Shown here: in pieces, positions 26,771-38,930 of the stretch
How the letters are laid out: every line of letters begins with the position of its first letter
Numbering within the stretch: position 1 is the stretch's first letter
Origin: Camelus dromedarius
Lineage: Eukaryota
Direction: 5' to 3'
Assembly: GCF_036321535.1 (NCBI RefSeq)
Contig: NC_087436.1
Span: 64,420,001 to 64,484,000, forward strand
Length of the DNA: 64,000 bases
The notes under the pieces: generated by a model
Seen by the model: only the letters and a program-made list of their open reading frames with translations
Database searches by the model: none
What the model was told of the DNA's origin: nothing
Made by a program: the position numbers and the translations under genes

Positions 26771-29654
26771 TCCCCCCCACAGATTTTTCACTTTATATTT
26801 TCATGAGTTATTCAGTGCTGTTCAATATTTAACTTTTATCGGTACAGTAATGGCATGTGGTGAAAGCAAGTGCTTCAAGAGCTCAGACCCTTTTTTTTAG
26901 TTCTTTTGCTATTTACTTTTAAGCAGTTTGTATTTCTTTCTTAAAGCAGCTGAATCACTACAAAATTTTATTTTCCCAAACACCTAATGAAGCTTTATGG
27001 CAAAGACTAATTTGTGCTATAAAAATACCACCCACAATTTAGAATGAGGCTCTTATCTGAATAGTAACTTAAAAAGTTGTTTAAATTACCTGTGTTATAA
27101 GAGAAAATCCCTGTACTTAATTAATATGCTTGTTAAAAGTCCCTATTGTATTATTATATTAGTAAAAGGCAAACTTCATATTTAGGGTTCAGTATTAACA
27201 TTTGAAAATGTTCTAACTGAATAACTGAATAAACAATCAACCAAATAAATAATGTTAGATTCTGTTCATTATACATTTCAGTAATATCCATTTTCATTTT
27301 GAGTTGAAGATGACAAACTGCAGTATACATGGTGATATAGGTAGTATTTTTTAATCTTTTCTTCTTAATATTGACATTTGTAAAATATTGATGTTTTCTT
27401 TATACATGCTCTATGTATGTGTATATGTATCTATGGTAATATTGATTTTTAAGGTGATACTTTTTTTGGACAATATAGAAAAAGTAAAAATATATAGAAA
27501 AACACATTGATATTAATGACATATAAGCATATTAGAGGTAATAGAGAAAACAATTCAGCAAAGTTTACTGTATCATACAAGAGAAGGAAAGTTAAAAACA
27601 ACTAAGATATGATTGCACAGGGTTTTAGGAGTCCATAAATAGATACGTCATTGAGCAGTGATAGTTTTAGAAGAACCTTAACCAGAATCAACCAGATGGT
27701 ATGACTTGTTTTTAAAAGATGCCAGTAGGAAAGAAAATAAGGAAAATTAGTAATTGTAAACAATTTAGTGAGGCCACTAAATTTTTCTTGTATTCAGTTT
27801 TTTTACTGTCTTGTACTTAGCTTTTTCCAAATCACTAAAGTTGTATTTAATCTTTTCTTCCTGCTGTCTGTATTTTCTTGTTTAGGTTCGCGGATACCCT
27901 GTTTGTGAGCAAATTTGAAACAGATGAATCAATACTTTTCTCTGTTCCTGTCACACTTTAGTTCCAGTGTGACTTTTATAGCCTATGTGTTTTATTTTGA
28001 GGTTTGATTTTTTTCCCCCTTAGTGATATTTCCTCCCCAGGAGATGACCCAAATATTCAAGAGGTTAAACCTCAGCATTTAAAATGCCACATTTTTGCTC
28101 TCAGTGTCTTCCTTCTTCTCATACCACCCCATCACTTCTAGCCTGATTTAGGATGGAAATTGTGGCTTCTTTATGTAGAGCTTCCTTCTTTTAGCCAGCT
28201 TACAGGGCTGACTTGTGTTAGGGACAAAACAATAAAACAACTAACCACCTACATAGTGTTTCTGAGCAAAAAATCTTTACTTTATATCCTGCTGACAGTT
28301 TGTCTTTCTTCCAAGGTATACAATTTCATGCACATTACCCTCAAAAAGTGCTTGTCTTCTTTCACGATCCAGCTTTTCCTTCAGGTCTTTGTTTCTTCTT
28401 TTCAAAAATACAAAGCACATACTCCTTATTCTAGCAATCTTCTCTCCTGATAGCTTTTTTTAGTAAATGGATGGGGGGACCACATAATTGGAGAGCTACG
28501 ATAGAAATGAGTGATTAAATCAGTGTTACGTTATAGCACTTGCAGACTTTCCTCACCATTCGCATTAGCCATCTGAAGATACGTATGTGATTATCTTTAT
28601 AGAAAGGCATACAAAATGAGTATTATTAGAAATTAGTATTTATAATTAATTATATAATCTGTTATTTAATCTTTTTTACTATGAGAAAAATATACTTTCT
28701 TTTAGCACTTAAAATGAACTAAAGTCTTTAAAATTTAATTATAAAGAAATAAAATTTGAATAACTAAATATTCAAATGAGTACATGCATTAATATTTGCA
28801 TACTTTGGTTCCTTATATATAAATAATTACACATTCTAAAACTCATGGTGCTGAAATTAACACATATTTAACTTTTGAAGTATCACAGAATGCCAAGATA
28901 CAATTTGATTCCCAGTGCCTCAGTGCCTTTCCCAGTTTCTCATAGGAGACATTCAGTGACTATGTATTGAATGAGTGAAAAAAAAAGAAATTTAGTCAAA
29001 ATTTAATTCTCAGAAACTGTCATGGTCATTCCTAGAATGATAAACAAAAACTTTTGTCTACAAATAAGACCTTATTAATTCAAAGGAAAGATCTATGGTA
29101 AAAATATGATTATATGAATTTAGTTTATTCAGATTGCTTGATGATTGTGATTCTATTCCCCAGTAATGCTATTAGCAACCAGTTTGTCTCTTACATTATT
29201 CTTCCATATAACTCCATGTAATATATCAAGTATTATCCCTCTATAAGAGGAATGTCAGTTATCTGAATTCTCTTTTTTAGAATGATACTTATAATAACAA
29301 AATTATTCCTTTATTTGCTCCTTTTTTGTCACCACAGTTTCTCTCTTTCTCTCTTATAATTTCTTTTTACTTGATGGTGTCTTGCACCTAACATGTAATT
29401 CATAAATCTTTTGCACATGAATCAGTGATTACTTAATAGGTAATTTAAAGTTGCTTGTATTCCCCAAATAGGACATATTCATAAAAATTGCTAGTATCAG
29501 TTTGGAAAACAGGAAGCATAGGTGGACTACATATTTTCCTAGAAATCCTTATCCTAAGTTCTCTCATACCTTTGTCTAGCTGCTTCATTTGTTATGGAAA
29601 TTATTCTCAACTAGATTATATCATTTGCTTTCAAGACTCCTGCCTTTTATCTTC

Positions 29655-30095
29655 CTTCCATTACTGAACATCTGTTGCAGACCCAGCATTATGCTAAAGG
29701 TTAGGTTTCTAGAAAGCTAAGACAAAGATTCAGCCCTAGAGGAATTTAGTCAAATGAGGCTCAAAGTCCCCAAAGTTACAGAGTTGCTAGTTCAGCAAAG
29801 CAGTTGAGAACATCATGTTAACATGCCCATCCCATAGTGGCTGCTGTGTGTATGGAGTGTGGGGGGATATATCTTCGTGGAAGGTTTTCTAGAGGAGATG
29901 ACCCTTGAGCTGAGTCTTAAAGAATGAGTTGACTTTAGTGAGCAAGGCAATCATTTTTGGCAGATGGGACAATGGAAGATAGGAAACTGTTACTGTGACT
30001 ATAAAACCAAAACAGTTTGGTGTTTGCATGAAGTACACAACACAAAAGAAATAAGAGATGAACCAGTAGGTGGGCAGGGTAGAAGTCATGACTTC
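29655..30095 (-). mobile_element. L2 LINE fragment
   Basis: ttactgaacatctgttg...ggaaggttttctagaggagatgacccttgagctgagtcttaaagaatgagt. Confidence 0.72.
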
Positions 30096-30584
30096 TCTGT
30101 ACACTGTGATTCTTCTGATACCTAATACCCATCACTGTGTGAAGCACAAAGATAATAAACTGTTTTTGAATGTAGTTAACTAATGTATTAATAAGAAATA
30201 CTTGTGTACAAATCTGCAAAAACCAATTTAGACTAATTTAAGTTGAAGAAAGAAGCCTTTTGAGGGGGTAGGGGTTGGGAGGAATATAAAATAGTAGGTC
30301 CAGAATCAGAAGATAAAAAGATGTAAGCCAGGTCTGAAGAAAAATAAGATCCAGTGACCTAGAGAGCAAGGGGTAGTGGAAAGTCTCTTAAGGACTCCAT
30401 GTTCGGATGAATCAGTTCCAAAAATGGTCTGTCTAAATCTAATTCCTGTAATGATTCAGGCTAGGACATCAGGATTGCATGAAATTCAGTATCAAGGTAT
30501 TATTTCCAAGGAAAGACAATGGGGCTGGCAGAGAGCCTACTATATATGATTAGGAAGAATCAGATCCCTCAGTAGGCTTTAGAG

Positions 30585-30860
30585 GAAAGACTGCAGGTTA
30601 GTGGTCGTGTGCCAGATTCATCCTGCAGAGGGTTTCCTTAGGCCTCTCAAACACTGAAAAGTCAGATTTAACATAAAGTCTTCTGGAGAATAACTGGACC
30701 TGTATTTCCTTCGGCAACAATAGACAACAGCTGAGTAAGTGCTGCCCCTTTTAAATAGGGTCTGTTCATTCCTGTTTCCTGGTACTTACTGTATTGTCAT
30801 CATTATAAATCTTTCAAAATATCTTCTGGCTTCTGAAGATACTTATATTTGCAACTGTTG
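30585..30860 (+). mobile_element. MER102-like hAT-Charlie element
   Basis: ggcaacaatagacaacagctgagtaagtgctgccccttttaaataggg; ends atttgcaactgttg. Confidence 0.6.
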
Positions 30861-30979
30861 TTCTAGGGTTTGGATCTAATCAATACTAATAGGTGTAAAA
30901 GCACTCTAAATTGTCACTATATTTTTTAACTTTGAAAATATATAGTATCAAGTTCTTGCACCAACAATACTATTAACAG

Positions 30980-31370
30980 AAGTTTATCAGTGCCTGTTAT
31001 GGGTCAGTTACTGTGTTAATTACTGAAGAAAAGTAGGTTTTGGCCCTATGGATCTGGTGGGGGTAAAGCAAGTGATAAATACATGAACCAAGACATATAA
31101 TCATCAATGATAGAATGCAAGAAGAAAATGAACACGATTGTACAATCGAAAACAATAAAAGGGCCAGCTTATATGAGTGTGATAAAAGACTGCTCTCAAG
31201 AGAGGATATTTGGACCTAAAGAATGAGAATGAGACAGTCAGGCAAAGAGCCTGGGAAAGCTTTCAAAGCAGAGAGATCATCATCTCCAAAGAACCTGAGA
31301 TTGGGAAAAGTTTGGCCTGTCCTAATACCTGATAGAAAGTCAGCATAACTGATGGGGAAGAGTGACTTTG
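30980..31370 (-). mobile_element. L2 LINE fragment
   Basis: tttatcagtgcctgttatgggtcag...gacctaaagaatgagaatgagacagtcaggcaaagagc. Confidence 0.65.
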
Positions 31371-32393
31371 AGAGATATGACCCAGCAATTATTGCTTTAA
31401 GACTGCTAATAATGAAGCAGACATTTCTTTCAAGTTTCTAGGATTTATTAAGAATCAAAATATGTTTGCAGAATGAAATTGAATAAAGTGATATTTCCTT
31501 TAAAATATATATTGTTGAAAATATTACAGTCTACAGTAACATAAAGTAAACTTAATCAATTAAACCAAGTATCAAATGGCATCAACAGCTAGATTGGATT
31601 TTTATACATTTATAATGGTTTAATAATATTTAAATGTACACATTGATGCTGATTGTAAGGGAACAGGATGAGTTGAGAGTATTAAAAAGTTAATTGGATT
31701 GCCAGAGTTTGGAAAATATTTGATTTAGGAAGTAAAATGATATTATAGACAGAAATAAAATTTGAGGGATTAGCTTATCCGTACTCACTTGCTTTATTTA
31801 AAATAGTAAGCTTATAGAGCTAATGCACTTAAACTTAATTCAAAGGAATTTTTATAAGACCCTCAAATTGAATAATGTAAACAACATGGGATTTAAAGAT
31901 GCGTGGAATATAACTTTTTTTTTATAGTATACTGCATAAAGGAAGATAAGTAGTGAAAACATTTGAAGGTGAGGTTTTTTCCGATGTGTTTATTACTAAA
32001 ATGATCTTATAGCAAAAATCTTGATGTATGAGATCAATAGATTTAATTTTCAAGATAAAATTTTCCTAAATTCTTGTAAAATCAATTAAAATATTATGAA
32101 AGAGAATTGTTAATTTTCTTGTATTCCAATCATTAGTCTTACAAAACTAGAAAAAAATAACCAGTATACTTCATTCAAATATTTAAATTTTAACTTAATA
32201 GTACCTCATTAAAATGAGTAGTTAGTAAAGGATAAAATCTATGTAAGTTTTAATGTTTCTGTTTTATTTTTGAGGCATTTCTCAAATGGTAGGAGATCAC
32301 AATTCCTGTGAATGCTGTAAAAATTTTTAATTGCTTGAAAATTTTCACAACTCTCCTACAAAACACAAATTCTTCTAAACAATGAAATACTTA

Positions 32394-32854
32394 TATGGTA
32401 GATTCAGTAGTGGTCCCTCAAAGAAATCCATATCCTAATCCCCAGAACCTGTGGAATATGCTAAATAGCAAAGAGACTGTTGATTTGATTAAATTAAGGA
32501 TCTTGTGCTGGGGAGATGATCCTGGATTATCCATGGGGACCCAGTCTAATCACCAGTGTCATTATAAAATGAAGCAAAATGGTTAATGTTGGAAAATGGA
32601 GTCACGACAACAGAAGCAGAGATTGGAGTGACACACATTGAAGATGGAGGAAGGGGTCAGTAGCCAAGGAATGCAGGTATCCTTTAAGAAGCTGGAACAA
32701 ATAGGATGTGTGTTTTCTCTTAGAGCCTCCAGAATGAACTCTGCTGACCTCTTAATTTCAGCCCTTAAGACTCATTTTGAACTTCTGACAAATTGTCCTA
32801 TTTCAAATCACTGTTTGTAGTAATTTACTATAGCAACAATAGAATACTAATACA
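32394..32854 (+). mobile_element. MaLR solo LTR, MLT1D-like
   Basis: atcctaatccccagaacctgtg, ggagatgatcctggattatcc, tgaagatggaggaagggg, agccaaggaatgcagg; ends tagcaacaatagaatactaataca. Confidence 0.88.
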
Positions 32855-33799
32855 GTCTGTCATAATATTAACTTTTTCCCCTAAAACAATTAATACAGTT
32901 TTAAAAAGTCATTGTTTACTTAGCACATGGATTAACAAAGACATATTTTTGTTTTCTAAATAAAGATTATTGCATATTTCTATAATGATATCTTACAAAT
33001 TTAAACATATTAATCTTCTCTGTTATGGACTGGCTGGGTGTGGGATGTGCAGCATATTGTTTATAGACAAAAGTCATTTTGATTCTATGAATATATCAAA
33101 TACAAGGCAAACTTAAGTCAAGTTAGTGTTTAGTAAAGTCAATTTTTCTATATTATACCTATCCACTGTTTATATGAGGCAGCAAAAATAATGAATGGGT
33201 AAATAAGGGGTTGGTTCTAAATATATGAGCTAGGTAGGATGAATAAATGTGAGTTTCCATTTAAATTTTCTCACACTTTAAACAGACAGGAATTTCTCAC
33301 AATAGCGGACTTGTAATACTTGAAATAAATCCATATTTATGGACTTCCAAGTCTACTCTGTATGTATTAATTTAATTTATTTTTATCAGTAAGTAATGAA
33401 AACCTAGTTATTTTTAAAATATTGCACAATGTGAAAATGCCCCCAATAGTATAAATGTGGCTGTTTTCTAACTTCTAGGAATCCATAATTTTCTCATTAT
33501 TCTGTCATCCTTACAGTAATCATATCATCATACAATCAGACTGGGAAGGGAACTCAATACTGCTTAGTTTTTATTAGTATATATTATAAATATTTTTCTA
33601 CTCTCTGTGCTAATTGCTTTTCTAATTCAATTAGAACAGAACCCAACTAGAATAGAACAGCGAGTGATATGGAGACAAAAGAATTAGCTGTTTCCAAGTA
33701 TTCTCCATGGCAGTGACATATTTCTAATTATTACTTAGGCAGGTGGCAGGTCCTACCACATTTTCCCTATCTTTGCCTTACCAAGTTCTCTGAAGCATG

Positions 33800-34033
33800 A
33801 GAGTATAATATAGTGGTTAAGAGTGAGAGTCTTAGAATTTATGTTCTGATTTTGCCAGTTAATAGCTATTTTCTAGTAAAGTTGTTTTAATGCTTTGTGA
33901 ATGAGGCTCTTCACATTGAAAATAAGGATGATAATCAGTTCACACAGTTGACGTGAAAATTAACGTTAAATATACGTAAAAAGCTTTGCACAGTGATAGT
34001 CATATTAGAAATTTTTAGTATATCATAGCTATT
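33800..34033 (+). mobile_element. Near full-length MIR
   Basis: tataatatagtggttaagagtg head; aaaataaggatgataat core; gtaaaaagctttgcacagtg tail. Confidence 0.75.
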
Positions 34034-37000
34034 CCAAGTCATGACTGTTGCATCTCATCCATTTTTGAAGTTTTTTGACAATCAGTACTATTGTGCCCTG
34101 GGGCTTAGAAATATGTAATGTTGTTAACTCATCGCAAGATTTGGGGAGCCCCAGGCATCATAGAGTTATAGCCTTCTCTGATGCTCTTAACTATTGGCAT
34201 AACTTCACAGATAAGACTTTTGTCTTAATTCTTCATTTTTTTATTTCAGATCACCTCAGGATTTTGAGTCCTTCTCAGAACTGGTTACAAGGGGATCTGC
34301 CATATGATTTAGCTATTGAACCAGTTCTCTCTTATAGGGTTGCTCTCTTTAACCCACAAGTGATACTAAGACACATCAAGCAAATGTTCTGAATCCACAC
34401 TCAGCTCACTGGGTCTCATGTGGGTTATTTATCAGTTAAATTCCTTGCTCTGCATTGCCTTTAGACTTTACCTGCTAGTGCTAGAAGTTGCATTAACCAC
34501 ACCCAAGCTTGCTATGGAATTTGGACATTGTGCCTTTTATTTTCATACTTTCCTCACTGGTGTTAGCTTTTAGTACTAGATTATTTTACTTTCAGACCCA
34601 TTTCTCCCTGCAGATCACAAGAGATAAGGAGGTGCCAATGTTCTCAACTGCCTCCAGGCAGATCCTGGCATGTTCATTTAGTTCATCCCACAAATACTGG
34701 TTCAGCCCTTATTATATGAGTTTTCACATACTGTCTCTACGTAATAACAGTGGAATTCAATTACAAAGCAATCTAAACCCATCTTTTAACTTTTTTGTAG
34801 GTGAACAACATAAGACTCAAAATAAGTGAAATAGAGATTATATAGTTAGAACTCATTCTCTCTTAATTGTCAGTTGGATTGTCTTGCCATCATGCTACTT
34901 TGTTTCTTTAAATTTCAGTATAGTTTTCTACAGCCGAGAGATAGAAGTGATTAAAGCATACTCTCGAAAATATAAAATATTCAAATATATTCCCTTTAAT
35001 TGAAACTTGGCATTATAATTCAATTCCTCATTTTAATTCAGATTCTTCCCAGAGATTTTCAGAATTCAAAATAGCCCTAATGTGACTGCTTGATTATTCT
35101 GTCTTTGTTTGCCTTCACTGTGGCCTATAATTAATACAATTAATGATGGCATATTGAGATATCAAAAAACCCAACTTTCTCAATATTATGGAAAAGCAAT
35201 CTTTTGCTCCTACAGCTAGATTTCAAGCCTCATGGCCTTTCTCATAAATTTATTCCAGAATTGCCTGGAGAAAGCCAGTAAGTGAACATTTTTAGAGAAG
35301 GTTGGGTGTGCAGTTTACTTTTATGTTCACTACATGCTAACCATTACTTTTGGAAGCCTTTAAATATGCATCCAAATTTCTGTGGCAAATGTTTTCTCAG
35401 TTTAGTTTTTAAAGCAGCTTGAAGTAAGTTCAGTACTGAGTAACACTGAGATTTTATGGCTGCTGAAAACTGTCTGCAGTTAAACAAAAAGATAAACAAA
35501 AAGTAACTGATGTAATTACAGAAAGAAGAGAAGAATGAATTTCTCTCAAAAGTCAGAACGTTGTCTTTCGTTTACTCTGATTTTCCTTGACTTGCTCTCT
35601 CCCCTGTTCGCTTTACCTCTTAGAGAACTCACTGATGTGAAGTTTATCAAGATAACAGGAAAGACTCAGAAGGGGGGTCATATTCAAATTTATTGGAAAT
35701 GAAATGCATTTATCTCTGAAAGTCTTCCTTTTTTTTTTTTTTTTTCTTCTGTATTCATCCTGTTTGCTCAAGAACCTAGAGAACTGGTAGCTGGCTATTT
35801 GTGTGTTTCAGTCTGACAGAAATTGTTTTTATGGCAGTATTTTGGCCATACCAAATACTTATGAGCTATTCACCCAGCCTCATCAAGCTTTACATTCAAG
35901 AAGAATGCTGGGCTAGTAAAAGAGTATTATTGGGAATATTATTGAGACAAAGTTCTAAGAATTCCTCATTCCACTTTAGCATGCGCTCACAAATACTCAT
36001 ATTAAATGGGTTCAGATATCAAGCTTGGATCTCATAAATTATGAATGACTGCCCTGCAACAGATGGCATGTGTTGCTCTTTTTAAGAATGAATAAGTGTA
36101 AAGTGAAAAAATATAAGCTATCCTTTGTCTTTAGGATCCAACAGTCCTTCAGTCATTTATCAGGATCGGGCTACATTTCTGATTAGAACTGATTCTAATA
36201 CAAAATTCAAGAGTTTCCAATGAGTTCTGTTACTTGATTGAATCTTACCAGCTGCTGCTCCTTGGGGTATCAGACGGTATTTTTAAAACAGTAAAATACC
36301 TTCTCTTTATCCTCAGGCAGTAGCTTGAACACTAGTAGGAGACTTTTACTAAAAATCCCATTTATCACTGGTTCTAAAAGTGCTAAAGATTCAGAGCTAA
36401 TAGGGACCAACCTATAAAGGCTATTTTATTTTACCTAAGTAGTGGAAAGCCAGGATCTTTTTTCCCTCACTGACTGATAACAGAGTCGAAGAGTCTCATT
36501 GTTTACCAGAAATATCCAAATGAATCTAATGCTTTTGAAATATTTTTTATTTCTTTAATGCAAGCACTTATGTCAAAGTTCTATTCAAGTAACTCATACA
36601 CACAGAATTAGTTTCTAGCACACAAATAGTGCTTGATCAAAGTTTGCTATTATTATTTTAATAAGTCTTTCATACAATATGGGTAGAGTGTTTAGCTTAT
36701 TGTTGAAAACACTAAATCATAAAGTTCTGAATACCAAGCTATAAATGATACTGTGCATTCTTGATGTAGGCTTTTGAGATATTCTATCTGGGTGTTGTTT
36801 TTAAGAGTTAAAATTCTGACATGGACTAGTATTCATCTATCTTTGAATCCTTTTAGTAGGCTGTAGGCTTTTACTGAAACTCAAATCTAATTTTATATTA
36901 GTGATGGTTGCTAGGTAACTATTTGATGCAAATAGTTCATTAAAGATTTAGCAGACAATTCTCTGATTGGAATGGAAACTGGAGTGACTTAGAACCTTAT

Positions 37001-37164
37001 GGCCCAGGAAATGAGTGGGAAAGAATATCTTGGAGTGTTTAATAAAAATAGACTATAATGCCTCTACTTGATTTTCTTCTTCTTTATCAAAATTAAAATA
37101 TAAAGAAGAGAAATTGCTAGAAGAAAACGAGAGTTTTTCCCTTCATTGTAGATATTGTTGTCTC

Positions 37165-37365
37165 AGCAATTACCAAGAGCTAACACTATGCTAAATACTT
37201 TGTATAGTATATCATTATATCTTCTTAGCAGTTTGTTTATTTATGTAGTATAGTTCCCATTTAAAAAATAAGGAACACAAGAATATAAATGAAGCCCTTA
37301 GTTTGTCCAAGTTCCCATGCCTAGTACATGAGTGGGGAGGGGGGATTTGAATACAGGTCCCTTTG
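37165..37365 (-). mobile_element. MIR SINE
   Basis: ttcccatttaaaaaataaggaacac...tttgtccaagttcccatgcctagta...ggatttgaatacaggtc. Confidence 0.7.
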
Positions 37366-37693
37366 CCTCATGTGATTTTTGTTCATTTTGCTAAAGACTG
37401 GTAAAAATATCTTCTTGTCTGAGAATTGAGAAGGCTAACCAGCTATTCTTTGCAAGACATTGTACTGCCCTATAGCCTGATGCCTAAAAATTAGGGTTGT
37501 GCATGCTAAAGTTAGCTGAAGTTAGCTTGACTTCAAAAGAATTTCCATCGGGAGGTAGGAAGTATTGTTAGGAACCTGTGTTAAAACAAGGAGGGAGAGA
37601 AACTGCAGTTAGTGAATGGGTGATCACTTTATAACTCTTGCTCTGAACTGAATCTGATCTATGTTTTGTTGCTGTTAATAATGGTTAAACTTT

Positions 37694-38152
37694 TGCATTG
37701 GTTTTCTACTGCTACTATATCAAATTACCACAACATGGTGGCTTAAAATAACACAATTTTATTCTCTTACAAGTGTAGAGGTCAGAAGTCTAAAATCAGG
37801 ATATTGGTAGGAGTCCATTCCTTTTGGAATCTGTTTCCTTGTCCTTTCAATCTTCTAAAAGCCACCTGCATTCAGTGGCTCCTGGTCCCTTCTTCCATCT
37901 TCAGAGCACATCACTCCAACCTCTACTTCTGTCCTCAGGACTCTCCTCTGACCTTGACCCTCTTGCCTCCCTTTCATAGGGACCCATAATGGGCCCACCT
38001 GGATGATACAGGATTGTCTTATCTCAAAATCATTAATTTAGTCACATCTGCAAAAGTTCCTTTTGCCATGAAAGGTAAAATGTTCACAGGTTCTGGGGAT
38101 TAGGGCATGGAAATTTTTTTTTGTAGGGCGGGGCATTATTCAGCCTTCTACA
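37694..38152 (-). mobile_element. MaLR solo LTR, MLT1D-like
   Basis: TG..CA termini; aaattaccacaacatggtggcttaaaa, gaggtcagaagtc, gtcacatctgcaaaag, ttcacaggttctggggattaggg; 5-bp flanks acttt/aattt (4 of 5 match). Confidence 0.9.
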
Positions 38153-38479
38153 AATTTGTTTTAATTAAAGAGCAGATTTTTATTTTAAAAAGAGCACAAT
38201 TCAGTATAGAACACATGTGAAGCTCTATTGCTCTATTTCTTACTGACCAAGTATACCTCATTATCAAGTATCAACATTGCAGAATGCTCATTATACCTAG
38301 GAGAAAATGGGCAGTCCATGGCTGATTTCAGACTGATGGATTAAATTGAAACCAGTCCACTTGTCTTTTTCTTCTGTGCTAAAATATCTTTTTTCTTCCT
38401 GGTTACATAATAAAGAATAAATAATCTAATAAAAATATTAAAAAATGTAAGTAAAAGTGAAAGTAAAGTTTACTTGCAT

Positions 38480-38930
38480 TTCTATCACTGGAGATAAATA
38501 CAACTGACTTTGTAATGACCATTGTTTTAGGTATTGCTTTATGCATATATGCACACATGCATAGTTTTACAAGGGTGAGATTTTTATATATATATATATA
38601 TATAAGCACACACATATATTAAACATACAATTTAGTGTATGTACTTCACAGTTCTTTCTGTACACAGGTGTTCTTTTGAGATCTTTACATGAATATAGAT
38701 TTATGTGTGTGTCTAGGTGTGTGTGTGTATGTGTATTTACAAAAACAGGATCATATCATATATACATCTTGCTTTTCTCATTATATGATACTTTGCGAAA
38801 TTTGCCAGAGTCAGCTGGTATAACTTTGATTCTTTTCAAGGGCTTTATGTGTTCATGGGTTTATGTAGACAATGTATTGAGCCATTCCCCTGTTGATGGA
38901 AATTTTTGTTTTGCTTCGTATGTAATAAGG
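38480..38930 (-). mobile_element. Old L1ME-type 3' fragment with internal (TA)n and (TG)n
   Basis: tttacaaaaacaggatcata...cttgcttttctca...gccattcccctgttgatggaaattt. Confidence 0.6.
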
